Origin: an uncultured Actinomycetes bacterium
Lineage (GTDB): Bacteria > Actinomycetota > Actinomycetes > S36-B12
Assembly: GCA_963842725.1 (NCBI GenBank)
Contig: CAWJHN010000004.1
Location: 1,566 to 65,565, forward strand
Direction: 5' to 3'
DNA length: 64,000 nucleotides
Part shown: positions 1-8,733 of the stretch, piece by piece
How positions within the stretch are numbered: the first letter of the stretch is position 1
Layout of the letters: each line of letters starts with the position of its first letter
Program-made: the position numbers and the translations under genes
Notes under the pieces: generated by a model
Seen by the model: only the letters and a program-made list of their open reading frames with translations
Told to the model about the DNA's origin: nothing
Database searches by the model: none

Positions 1-88
1 GGTCAGTGACCTGCTGCAGTACCTCGGGGCCGTACAGGTGCTGGCTTCCTGTGAGGAACCACACCTGCTGCGTGCCGGTCGTGATCAT
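1..88 (-). CDS. araA: L-arabinose isomerase, 5' end only (gene continues off the left edge)
   Basis: Minus-strand ATG at 88 is preceded by GGAGG. The translation MITTGTQQVWFLTGSQHLYGPEVLQQVTD matches the conserved AraA N-terminus (WF.TGSQHLYG). It lies directly downstream of araB-araD in the same orientation. Confidence 0.6.
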   Translation of the reverse strand, partial: MITTGTQQVWFLTGSQHLYGPEVLQQVTD

Positions 89-101
89 CCGTCAGTCCTC
101 C

Positions 102-774
102 CTAGCGCTGGCCGTAGACGTTCTGGTAGCGCTCGTTGAGTGCATCGATGTCGGTCTGGGGAATGGGGATCGGCGTGCCGAGCTGGTGCGCGAGGTGCGT
201 GGCCTTCGCCACCTCCTCGAGCATCACGGAGGCCTTCACCGCCGAGCGGGCGTCCTTGCCGATGGTGAACGGGCCGTGGTTCTGCATGATCACGCCAGGG
301 GATCGGCTGCCTGCGAGGGTCCGGACGATGCCCTCCCCGATCGCCTCGTTGCCGATGAGCGCGAATGGTCCGATGGGGATCTCTCCACCGAACTCATCAG
401 CCTGCATCGTTGTCATGCACGGGATGGGAGTTCCACGAGCTGCCCACGCGCACGCGTAGGTGGAGTGGGTATGGACGACGCCGCCCACGTCCGGCATCTC
501 GCGGTACACGACCGCATGGGTGCCAGTGTTCGGACGACGGTGCGAGATCGCCCTCGACGACCGAGCCCGCAAGATCCGTGATGACCATGTTCTCCGGGGT
601 CAGTTCCTCGAAGTCCAGACCGGAGGGCTTGATCACCAGCAGGTTCTGCCCAGGCACTCGCGCGGAAACGTTACCGGCGGTCCAGACGACCAGGCCGAGT
701 TGAGGCAGGGCCTGGTTCATTCGGCAGACGTCGATCCTTAGCCGCGCAAGGACTGCCGATACTGATGCGTCCAC
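102..774 (-). pseudogene. araD: L-ribulose-5-phosphate 4-epimerase, frame broken once as sequenced
   Basis: The N-terminal part lies in ORF 397..774 (LVVWTAGNVSARVP, LLVIKPSGLDFEELTPENMVITDL, GDLAPSS). The C-terminal part lies in ORF 102..572 (TGTHAVVYREMPDVGGVVHTHSTYACAWAARG, QNHGPFTIGKDA). The halves join as APSS-DTGTH if one base is removed near 529-531. Confidence 0.85.
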
Positions 775-775
775 G

Positions 776-2419
776 TCACGCTCCCTGTCCGTGAGCTACT
801 GCGCGTCTTCGTGCCTTGAGCCGGTGCATCACGTCGTTGACTCCGCGGCCGAAGTAGTCGTGAAGCAGCAGGTACTCCGCGTAGAGGGCGTCGTAGGCAT
901 CGGCGACGTCCGGATTCGGCTGATAGACCCCCGTGTTCGCATGACCCATGACTCTCGATGCCGTCAGCACGTCCGGGTACGCGCCCGCAGCCACTGCCGC
1001 GTGGATCGCCGAGCCCAGGGCCGGGCCCTGCTCCGATGCGATGGTGCTCAGCGGAAGTCCCGTGACATCGGCGTACACCTGCATGAGAAACGCATTCTTC
1101 AGCAGGCCCCCCGCGACGACCAGCTCCTTGACAGGCACTCCTGATTCGTTGAACGACTCCACGATGCGACGGGTGCCGAACGCGGTCGACTCCAGCAGGG
1201 CTCGGTACTGGTCCTCGGGCCGCGTCTGAATGGTCAGACCCACCATCACCCCTGACAACTCGTGGTCGACGAGGATCGAGCGATTGCCGCTGTGCCAGTC
1301 GAGTGCGATGAGGCCGTGCTCGCCCACCCGTTGCTGCTGTGCCAGTTCGGTGAGGTACTCGTGCAGCCCGATGCCGCGCTGGGCTGCCGCGTCGGCGTAC
1401 GACGCAGGAACGCAGTTGTCCACGAACCAGCCGAAGATGTCACCCACGCCGCTCTGGCCTGCCTCGTAGCCCCAGAGCCCCTCGGTGATCCCACCGTCCA
1501 CCACGCCACACATGCCAGGTACCTCGTGAAGCTCGCTCCCGTTCATCACGTGACAGGTCGACGTACCCATGATGGCGACCATCTGCCCGGGCTCGACGGC
1601 CTGCGCTGCGGGGGCGGTCACATGCGCGTCGACGTTGCCGACTGCCACCGCGATGCCCTCAGGCAGACCGGTCCAGTTGGCTGCCTGAGCTGTCAGCGAG
1701 CCTGCGCGAGCACCGAGCTGACCGATGGTGTGTGCAACCTTGTCGGATACGAACGAGCCGAACTCAGGGTTGAGAGCCGTGAGGAAGTCCTCCGTCGGGT
1801 ACTGATCGTCCTGCAGGATCCCCTTGTATCCAGCGGTGCAGGCGTTGCGGAGATACTGCCCGCACAGTTGCCAGACGATCCAGTCCGCCGCCTCGACCCA
1901 CTTTTCCATGGCGTCATAGACCGCGGGAGCCTCCTCCAGGATCTGAAGTCCTTTGGCGAACTCCCACTCCGACGAGATGAGTCCGCCGTAGCGATTGATC
2001 CACCACTCGCCACGCTCGTGCGCCAGGGCGTTGATCCGGTCGGCCTGAGGCTGCGCGGCGTGGTGCTTCCACAGCTTCACGTACGCATGCGGGTGGTGCT
2101 CGAATTCCGGAAGCTCGCACAGAGGAGTGCCTTCGCGCGTGACCGGCACCATCGTGCAGGCCGTGAAGTCGGTGCCGATCCCGATGACCCGTGACGGGTC
2201 CATTCCGGCGATCCGCACGGCCTCGGGAACCGCTTGCTTGAGCACGTCGACGTAGTCCTGCGGCACTTGGAGTGCCCAGTCGGGACCCAGTCGCGTCTGC
2301 CCGTCAGGGAGCTGGCGGTCCAGCACCCCGTGCGCGTAGTCGTGCGTGGCAGATCCGAGTTCAGCCCCATCACTGACCCGCACGACCACCGCTCGGCCGG
2401 ACAGGGAGCCGAAGTCCAC
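776..2419 (-). CDS. araB: ribulokinase
   Basis: A 547-aa ORF with a FGGY-kinase/ribulokinase-like sequence (VDFGSLSGRAVVVRVSDG at the N-terminus, GTSTCHVM, VVAGGLLKNAFLMQVYADVTG). In-frame upstream residues (EQYVVGVDFG) suggest the true start may lie about 20 nt further upstream at a non-ATG codon. Confidence 0.9.
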   Translation of the reverse strand: MDFGSLSGRAVVVRVSDGAELGSATHDYAHGVLDRQLPDGQTRLGPDWALQVPQDYVDVLKQAVPEAVRIAGMDPSRVIGIGTDFTACTMVPVTREGTPLCELPEFEHHPHAYVKLWKHHAAQPQADRINALAHERGEWWINRYGGLISSEWEFAKGLQILEEAPAVYDAMEKWVEAADWIVWQLCGQYLRNACTAGYKGILQDDQYPTEDFLTALNPEFGSFVSDKVAHTIGQLGARAGSLTAQAANWTGLPEGIAVAVGNVDAHVTAPAAQAVEPGQMVAIMGTSTCHVMNGSELHEVPGMCGVVDGGITEGLWGYEAGQSGVGDIFGWFVDNCVPASYADAAAQRGIGLHEYLTELAQQQRVGEHGLIALDWHSGNRSILVDHELSGVMVGLTIQTRPEDQYRALLESTAFGTRRIVESFNESGVPVKELVVAGGLLKNAFLMQVYADVTGLPLSTIASEQGPALGSAIHAAVAAGAYPDVLTASRVMGHANTGVYQPNPDVADAYDALYAEYLLLHDYFGRGVNDVMHRLKARRRAVAHGQGA

Positions 2420-2478
2420 ACCGACGACGTACTGCTCGTCATTGCCTGAAATCGTGTGCCTCCTTCGGTAGTGCCGTA

Positions 2479-2494
2479 TTGTGAGCGCTCACAA
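2479..2494. promoter_or_regulatory. perfect 16-bp palindrome TTGTGAGCGCTCACAA, LacI-family operator candidate upstream of araB
   Basis: Read directly from the sequence. It is identical to the core of the symmetric lac operator and lies about 60-75 bp upstream of the araB start, in the divergent intergenic region. Confidence 0.6.
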
Positions 2495-2576
2495 GTAGGG
2501 CGATCATATTCTCGTCGACCGTGTTTCGCTCCGTATACGGCACAGGAATCTGGAGTTTTCGTCGGAAGGAGGGCAC

Positions 2577-3141
2577 GTGAAGATCAGACGGATCGTGGTC
2601 GCTTCGGTGTGTGCGTTGGCGCTGGCAGCCTGCGCCAACTCGGATTCGTCGACCGAGACCATGATCAGTCAGACGGCGGTGGAGTCGTCGCAGCCCTCCG
2701 CTCCCCAAGAGTGGGCCAACCCCGAGGCCCCCGACGCGCTCAAGTTCCTGACCACTGATCTGGTGACCGGGGAGACCATCGATGGCACCACGCTCATGTA
2801 CGAGGACGTGGTCCTGTGGTTCTGGGCGTCCTGGTGCCCCGTGTGCGCCGCCGAGTCGGGTGCCCTCGTCGAGGCCGCGAAGCAGTTCCCCGAGGGCGTG
2901 AAGATGATCGGGATCGCCGGATACTCCGACGTGCCGTCGTCACGAGGCTTCATCGAGGAGCACGGCATTGATGGGTTCCCCAACATCTACGACGATGACG
3001 GGACCATCTGGAAGGCGTTCAGCATCACTGGCCAGCCAACGCTCGTGCTGGTCAACCAGGATGGACAGCTGCGCAGGTACTCCGGTGGGTACGGCAAATT
3101 TCGACCTCATCGAGAAGGTGGCTTGGCTCGGGGAAGCCTGA
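2577..3141 (+). pseudogene. TlpA/ResA-like thioredoxin-fold lipoprotein (thiol-disulfide oxidoreductase), C-terminal frame shift as sequenced
   Basis: Lipobox (LALAAC) and WCPVC active site in ORF 2577..3209. After YSGGYGK the natural ending FDLIEKVAWLGEA-stop (TGA 3139-3141) is one frame over. One extra base sits in the AAATTT run near 3096-3101. Confidence 0.7.
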
Positions 3142-3892
3142 CGTTCCGGCCGGCGGGGTGCCCCGCTTGTCGATCCCGGTCGAGACTGCGCCCTGCGAAC
3201 GAGCCGTGAGCAGGGGCCATCGGTCCATCGTCCTGACGCCGAACTGCGGGAGCCGCTCGGCGAGACCGTAGGCCGCAACGTCGAGATCAGCGAGGATCCT
3301 GACTATCCCGCCCACCCGCATGATGAGCCTCGTTCTGCGTCGCAGTGCCATCGCGACTCCTGCTCCTGCGAGAGCCGCAGTCAGCGACACCATGGGATCG
3401 GACGTGCCCATGCCGATCGCGAAGCGGAGGAAGGGTGTGACCGCGCCCAGGGGTTCGTTGCAGCAAGCGCGGTCGTCACAACGGCGAAGAGTGGTCCGAT
3501 GGTGCACGCCAGAGAGGCCAGCGCGAAGACTGACCCGTAGCGGCATTGGGAGACGAGCGTCGTGCGGGGGCGGCGCCCGCAACTCGGATCCCGGGGCCTG
3601 GGAGCTCGCCGGTCACCAGCGTGATGCCGCCGAGCGGAGATGTCACATGGGGCAGGTACGGCAGGATCGTTCCCTGCAATGCCGCATTGACGCCGACGAA
3701 CAACATTCCGAGGCCGCAGCGGTTGAGGGCTGCAATCGCACCCAGCACGAGACGGGACCGGCACCAGAGATCACAATGTGAAGCCTCACTAGGCGCAACC
3801 CCGTCACCTCCTGCTAGCCCATTCTGGTCAATCGCCCTCAGGTGCAACGGCATTTCGGTATCAAATCGTGATCTGCAAGACCTGACATCCAC
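3052..3892 (-). pseudogene. CcdA/DsbD-like cytochrome c biogenesis-type membrane protein, split over three frames (ends approximate)
   Basis: Hydrophobic conserved stretches occur successively in ORF 3476..3892 (LGAIAALNRCGLGMLFVGVNAALQGTILPYLP), ORF 3381..3764 (YGSVFALASLACTIGPLFAVVTTALA) and ORF 3052..3582 (LGAVTPFLRFAIGMGTS, LTAALAGAGVAMAL). The second junction is best explained by loss of one C from a C-run near 3450. The gene is convergent with the TlpA-like gene. Confidence 0.45.
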
Positions 3893-3897
3893 AAAAA

Positions 3898-3911
3898 TGT
3901 TAGCGCTAATA
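3898..3911. promoter_or_regulatory. near-palindrome TGTTAGCGCTAATA, second LacI-family operator candidate upstream of the ABC operon
   Basis: The core TTAGCGCTAA is a perfect palindrome, with one mismatch in the 14-mer. It lies about 80 bp upstream of the binding-protein ATG at 3991 in an AT-richer stretch, and shares the AGCGCT centre with the site at 2479. Confidence 0.45.
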
Positions 3912-3990
3912 TTCGAACGCGGCCCGATCGGGCCGGGAGGCCAGACATCGATTCCGGCGTCACATCCGGATCAAGTTCAGGAGGTCGGAC

Positions 3991-5022
3991 ATGGGAAAGC
4001 GCACACTGGCGGGCGCGGTCTTGCTGGGAGCCATGGCGCTCACGATCGCGGGCTGCTCGTCGGGCTCGACCGCAGAGCCGGCCGCAGGATCGGGCGACAC
4101 GGCCGCGAGTGCCGCGGCGCCGAGCGAAGCGGCGGCGGCAGCAGGCGAGACCATCTCGGTGGGCTTCGCGCAGACGGGTTCGGAGAGCGGGTGGCGATCG
4201 GCGAACACGGAGTCGATGAAGACTGCCTTCTCGGCAGAGAACGGCTTCGATCTCACCTTCAACGCAGCCGACAACGACCCTGCGGCGCAGATCGCCGCAG
4301 TGCGCTCCTTCATCAATCAGGGCGTTGATGCGATCGTCATCGCTCCGATCGTGACAGACGGCTGGGATGACGTCCTTCAGGAGGCTACCGACGCCGGCAT
4401 CCCCGTGATCCTCGAGGATCGCACCGTGAGCGCACCGGACACTCTGTTTGCGAGCTGGGTCGGTCTGGACTTCCGCAAGGAGGGCGTGACCGCAGGCACG
4501 TGGGCCAAGGAGCAGTTCGGCGACACTGCCACCAAGATGGTTGTGCTCGAGGGAACGACAGGCTCGGCCCCGGCGAACGACCGCGCCGAGGGTTTCGACG
4601 AGGCAATCGCCGGCACCAAGATCGAGAAGATCGATTCGCAGACCGGCGACTTCACCCGTGACGGCGGCAAGACGGTCATGGAGGGCTTCCTCCAGAAGTA
4701 CGGCGTCGACGGTATCGACCTCGTATACGCGCACAACGACGACATGGCACTCGGCGCCATCGAGGCGATCGAGGCCGCGGGCGCTGTTCCGGGCAAGGAC
4801 ATCCAGATCGTCTCGATCGACGCGGTCAAGGATGGAATGCAGGCTCTCGTCGACGGCAAGATCAACTACATCGTGGAGTGCAACCCGCTCCTCGGCGAGC
4901 TCGCCGCCGGCCTGGTGAAGGACGTGCTTGCCGGCACGCCGGTGGAGAAGGCCATCTATGTTGAGGACGCCTCCTTCACCCAGGAAGAGGCTGCGGCGGT
5001 CATCGATTCACGGCTCTACTAA
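3991..5022 (+). CDS. sugar ABC transporter substrate-binding lipoprotein (ribose/galactofuranose-binding family)
   Basis: A 343-aa ORF with signal peptide and lipobox (LTIAGCSSG). Periplasmic-binding-protein type I sequence. First gene of a transporter operon. Confidence 0.85.
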   Translation: MGKRTLAGAVLLGAMALTIAGCSSGSTAEPAAGSGDTAASAAAPSEAAAAAGETISVGFAQTGSESGWRSANTESMKTAFSAENGFDLTFNAADNDPAAQIAAVRSFINQGVDAIVIAPIVTDGWDDVLQEATDAGIPVILEDRTVSAPDTLFASWVGLDFRKEGVTAGTWAKEQFGDTATKMVVLEGTTGSAPANDRAEGFDEAIAGTKIEKIDSQTGDFTRDGGKTVMEGFLQKYGVDGIDLVYAHNDDMALGAIEAIEAAGAVPGKDIQIVSIDAVKDGMQALVDGKINYIVECNPLLGELAAGLVKDVLAGTPVEKAIYVEDASFTQEEAAAVIDSRLY

Positions 5023-5064
5023 GCAAGGACCGCACTAACCTGAAGAATCCGTTGTGCTAGCGCG

Positions 5065-5094
5065 ACCGGGGGGCCGGGAACCCGGCCCCCCGGT
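5065..5094 (+). other. GC-rich perfect hairpin between the binding-protein and ATPase genes
   Basis: ACCGGGGGGCCGGG-AA-CCCGGCCCCCCGGT has 14 complementary positions. It sits 43 nt after the stop at 5022 and 24 nt before the ATPase start. Confidence 0.7.
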
Positions 5095-5117
5095 ACGGGC
5101 ACACCGACACCGGAGAG

Positions 5118-6671
5118 GTGGCTGAGGTGGGCAATCTGGAGGAGATCCCGTCCGCCCCCACGATCATCGAGATGCGTGGCATCACCATCGCCTTTCCCGG
5201 AGTGCTCGCCCTCGACGATGTGGACTTCATCCTGCGTTCCGGCGAGATCCACGCACTCATGGGTGAGAACGGTGCGGGGAAGTCGACGTTGATCAAGGCC
5301 CTGACGGGGGTCTATGCGATCGACGCAGGCTCCATCACCGTGGCGGGCAGTCCAGTGGTGTTCCGCACCACCTCCGACGCGCAGGCCGCAGGCATCTCTA
5401 CGGTCTATCAGGAGGTGAACCTGTGCCCGAACCTGTCGGTCGGCGAGAACGTCATGCTGGGACACGAGTCGCGGCGTGGTGGGCGCATCGACTGGCGGGC
5501 TGTGCACGAGAGGGCCGCCGAGCACCTAGGTAGCCTCGGCCTCCAGATCGACACCCGCACCATGCTCTCGAGTCATTCCCTCGCCGTCCAGCAGCTGGTG
5601 GCGATCAGCCGGGCGATGGTCCTCGACTCCCAGGTGCTGATCCTCGACGAGCCCACGTCGAGCCTTGATCGCGGCGAGGTCGAGCAGCTCTTCGGCGTGA
5701 TCCGGGAACTGCGTTCCGCGGGTGTGGCCATCCTGTTCGTCAGTCACTTCCTTGAGCAGGTGTACGAGATCTCGGACCGGGTGACGGTGCTGCGCAACGG
5801 CCGACTGGTGGGTGAGTACCTCATCGAGGACATTCCCCGCGAGCAGCTGGTCACCAAGATGATCGGTCGGGAGCTGGATGACCTCGAGGCCATCTCGACC
5901 GTCTCGAATCGTGAGATCGACCGGAGCGGCGTGCCGGTGCTCCGGGCCACGGGCATCGGACGACGAGGACTCCTGGACCCAGCCGACGTCGACGTGTTCC
6001 ACGGCGAGGTCGTGGGGCTGGCCGGGCTCCTCGGCTCGGGACGCACGGAGCTCGTTCGGCTTCTGTACGGTGCCGATCACCCTGACACCGGCACCATCAC
6101 CGTGAACGGGGAGTCCACCAGGATCACCACTCCGCGGCACGCGATCGAGCGTGGCATCGTCTTCTCGTCAGAGGACAGGCGCGGAGAGGGGATCGTTGCC
6201 GACCTCACCGTCGCGGAGAACATCGTGCTGGGTATCCAGGCACGTCGCGGCTGGATGCGCAAGATGCGCAAGGCCGAGCAGGTCGCCGTGGTCGGCGAGT
6301 ACATGGACGCCCTGGGCGTGAGGCCCGCCAACCCCGACGCCGTCGCCGGCACCCTGTCCGGCGGCAACCAGCAGAAGGTGGTCCTCGCTAGATGGCTCGC
6401 GACCGCTCCCGAGCTGATAATCCTCGATGAGCCGACGAGGGGCATCGATGTGGGGGCCAAGGCCGATATCCAGCGGAAGGTCGCCGAGCTGTCGGCAGCG
6501 GGCCTCTCGGTGATCTTCATCTCCTCCGAGCTCGAGGAGGTGCTGCGCCTCGCGCAGCGGGTGCTCGTGATGCGGGATCGTCAGGCGATCGGTGAGCTCA
6601 ACTCGAACGATGTCGGGCTCAACGACCTGATCGAGTTCATCGCCAACAAGGGTCAGGGGGCTGCGGCGTGA
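5118..6671 (+). CDS. sugar ABC transporter ATP-binding protein (two fused ABC domains)
   Basis: 517 aa. Walker A GENGAGKST in the first ABC domain, degenerate in the second (GLLGSGRTE). LSGGNQQK signature. RbsA/YtfR-like architecture. Confidence 0.9.
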   Translation: MAEVGNLEEIPSAPTIIEMRGITIAFPGVLALDDVDFILRSGEIHALMGENGAGKSTLIKALTGVYAIDAGSITVAGSPVVFRTTSDAQAAGISTVYQEVNLCPNLSVGENVMLGHESRRGGRIDWRAVHERAAEHLGSLGLQIDTRTMLSSHSLAVQQLVAISRAMVLDSQVLILDEPTSSLDRGEVEQLFGVIRELRSAGVAILFVSHFLEQVYEISDRVTVLRNGRLVGEYLIEDIPREQLVTKMIGRELDDLEAISTVSNREIDRSGVPVLRATGIGRRGLLDPADVDVFHGEVVGLAGLLGSGRTELVRLLYGADHPDTGTITVNGESTRITTPRHAIERGIVFSSEDRRGEGIVADLTVAENIVLGIQARRGWMRKMRKAEQVAVVGEYMDALGVRPANPDAVAGTLSGGNQQKVVLARWLATAPELIILDEPTRGIDVGAKADIQRKVAELSAAGLSVIFISSELEEVLRLAQRVLVMRDRQAIGELNSNDVGLNDLIEFIANKGQGAAA

Positions 6672-7717
6672 CCCGCCTCCTGAAGCATCGACTCTTCTGG
6701 CCAATCGTGGCGCTGATAGCACTGATCGTTATCAACACGATCGCACGACCCCAGTTCATCTCGATCACCGTTCGCGACGGACAGCTGTACGGCGCGCTGA
6801 TCGACGTCCTGCGCAACAGCGCCCCTCTCATGCTCGTCGCCCTTGGCATGACGATCGTGATCGCCACTCGTGGAATCGATCTGTCCGTGGGCGCCGTGAT
6901 GGCCGTCTCCGGCGCCGTGGCGCTCACGATCATTGACAGCTCGGGGGACCCCAACAGCCTCGGCATCGTGGTGGTCGCGGTGGTCACCGCCACGCTCGTC
7001 GGACTGGTCCTGGGAGCGTGGAACGGACTCCTCGTGGCCCGGTTGGGGATCCAACCGATCATCGCCACGTTGGTACTCATGCTCGCCGGGCGGGGCGTGG
7101 CTCTGCTCATCACGGGTGGATTCATCACCACCGTGAACAGTGAGCCATTCGAGTACCTCGCCACTGGGTACCTCTTCGGGCTGCCCTTCGCATTCATCAT
7201 CTCGCTGGCTGCGATCGTCCTCATATCGATCTTCGAGCGGCGCACCGCCTTGGGCATGCTCACCGAGGCGGTGGGCATCAACCCGGAGGCCAGTCGCCTG
7301 GCCGGAGTTCGCGCACGCGGAATCATCTTCACGGCCTACATGCTGAGCGGACTCCTCGCCGGCATCGCCGGCATCCTCTACAGCTCGAACATCAGGGCCG
7401 CCGACGCGAACGCGGCGGGACTGTTCATCGAGCTCTACGCCATCCTGGCGGTGGTCCTCGGTGGCACGTCGTTGCAGGGCGGCAAGTTCAGCATCGCGGG
7501 AACCGTGATCGGCGTGCTGATCATCCAGACCTTGGACTCGACCATCTTGTTCCTGGGGGTCCCGTCGGCGCAGAGCCCCGTGTTCTTCGCGCTGGTTGTG
7601 GTGCTGGTCGTGGTCGTTCAGTCGCCCAGGCTGCGGCTCCACCGGCGGAAGCAGACGACCGAGACGGGTGCGCGCCAGTCGGCCGACACGGCGACCAAGG
7701 TGGAGGCGGGGGCATGA
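6668..7717 (+). CDS. sugar ABC transporter permease
   Basis: 349 aa, polytopic and hydrophobic. Overlaps the neighbouring genes by 4 nt at each end. Confidence 0.85.
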   Translation: MTRLLKHRLFWPIVALIALIVINTIARPQFISITVRDGQLYGALIDVLRNSAPLMLVALGMTIVIATRGIDLSVGAVMAVSGAVALTIIDSSGDPNSLGIVVVAVVTATLVGLVLGAWNGLLVARLGIQPIIATLVLMLAGRGVALLITGGFITTVNSEPFEYLATGYLFGLPFAFIISLAAIVLISIFERRTALGMLTEAVGINPEASRLAGVRARGIIFTAYMLSGLLAGIAGILYSSNIRAADANAAGLFIELYAILAVVLGGTSLQGGKFSIAGTVIGVLIIQTLDSTILFLGVPSAQSPVFFALVVVLVVVVQSPRLRLHRRKQTTETGARQSADTATKVEAGA

Positions 7718-8733
7718 CCACGCTGGACAAGCGGGAGACGACGAGCGCGGGCTTCCGGCAGGCCAATGACCGCTTCCTGAGTCGGCACGCCTCGCTCGCG
7801 CCGACCTTTGCGGCTCTGGCGGTCCTGGTGCTGCTGCTGGTGGCCGCGCAGATCTACTTCGGCAACTTCATCACGCCGCGCAACATGTCCGCGCTCCTTC
7901 TCGACAACGCCTACCTGATGGTCATCGCCGTCGGCATGACCTTCGTGATCCTGACGGCCGGGATCGATCTCTCCGTGGGCTCCGTCATGGCCTTCACGGG
8001 AATCCTGCTGGCCTTTCTGCTGGCAGACGGGCTACCTGCTGCGATCGCCGTGCCGATCATCCTCGTGGCGGGTGCCGTGATCGGACTCATGATCGGCATC
8101 CTCGTCCAGTACTTCGACGTCCAGCCGTTCATTGCATCGCTGGCGGGACTCTTCCTGGCCCGCGGTCTTGCCTTCGTGGTGAGCCTCTCGTCGGTCCGAG
8201 TCGACGACCCGGCCGTCCTATGGCTCCAGTCCACTCGGGTGAAGCTCGGCGACTGGTACATCACCCCGACCGGCATCATCGCGCTTCTGACCGTTGCGGT
8301 AGGAGCCTTTGTCCTGCAGTACACGCGGTTCGGACGCACCGTGTATGCGATCGGCGGCAACGAGCAGTCCGCTCGACTGATGGGCCTCAAGGTGGCCCGC
8401 ACCAAAGTGCTTGTCTACCTGATCTCAGGGACGCTGGCCGGACTCGCGGGCCTGATCCTCACCGCCTACTCCGGTGCCGGCTATCCGAGGAACGGAATCG
8501 GCACCGAGCTCGACGCGATCGCAGCGGTCGTCATCGGTGGCACCCTCCTGTCGGGTGGCCGAGGCTACGTGATCGGCTCCATGATCGGAGTCTTCGTCTA
8601 CGGCACGATCAAGACGATCATCTCGTTCCTCGGTGCCGAGCAGTCCTGGATGCAGATCATCGTCGGCGGGCTGCTGCTCCTGTTCATCCTGGTCCAGCGA
8701 TTCATCGTGGCACGCACGGAGCGGCGCGAATAG
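7714..8733 (+). CDS. sugar ABC transporter permease (second subunit)
   Basis: 339 aa, polytopic, paralogous to the preceding permease. Confidence 0.85.
   Translation: MTTLDKRETTSAGFRQANDRFLSRHASLAPTFAALAVLVLLLVAAQIYFGNFITPRNMSALLLDNAYLMVIAVGMTFVILTAGIDLSVGSVMAFTGILLAFLLADGLPAAIAVPIILVAGAVIGLMIGILVQYFDVQPFIASLAGLFLARGLAFVVSLSSVRVDDPAVLWLQSTRVKLGDWYITPTGIIALLTVAVGAFVLQYTRFGRTVYAIGGNEQSARLMGLKVARTKVLVYLISGTLAGLAGLILTAYSGAGYPRNGIGTELDAIAAVVIGGTLLSGGRGYVIGSMIGVFVYGTIKTIISFLGAEQSWMQIIVGGLLLLFILVQRFIVARTERRE

Noticed and set aside
6653-7642. 329-aa minus-strand ORF rich in Asp/Arg/His opposite the first permease gene.
   Set aside because: It is antisense to a clearly real polytopic permease. Its composition is typical of out-of-frame or antisense translation of GC-rich coding DNA, and it has no motif.
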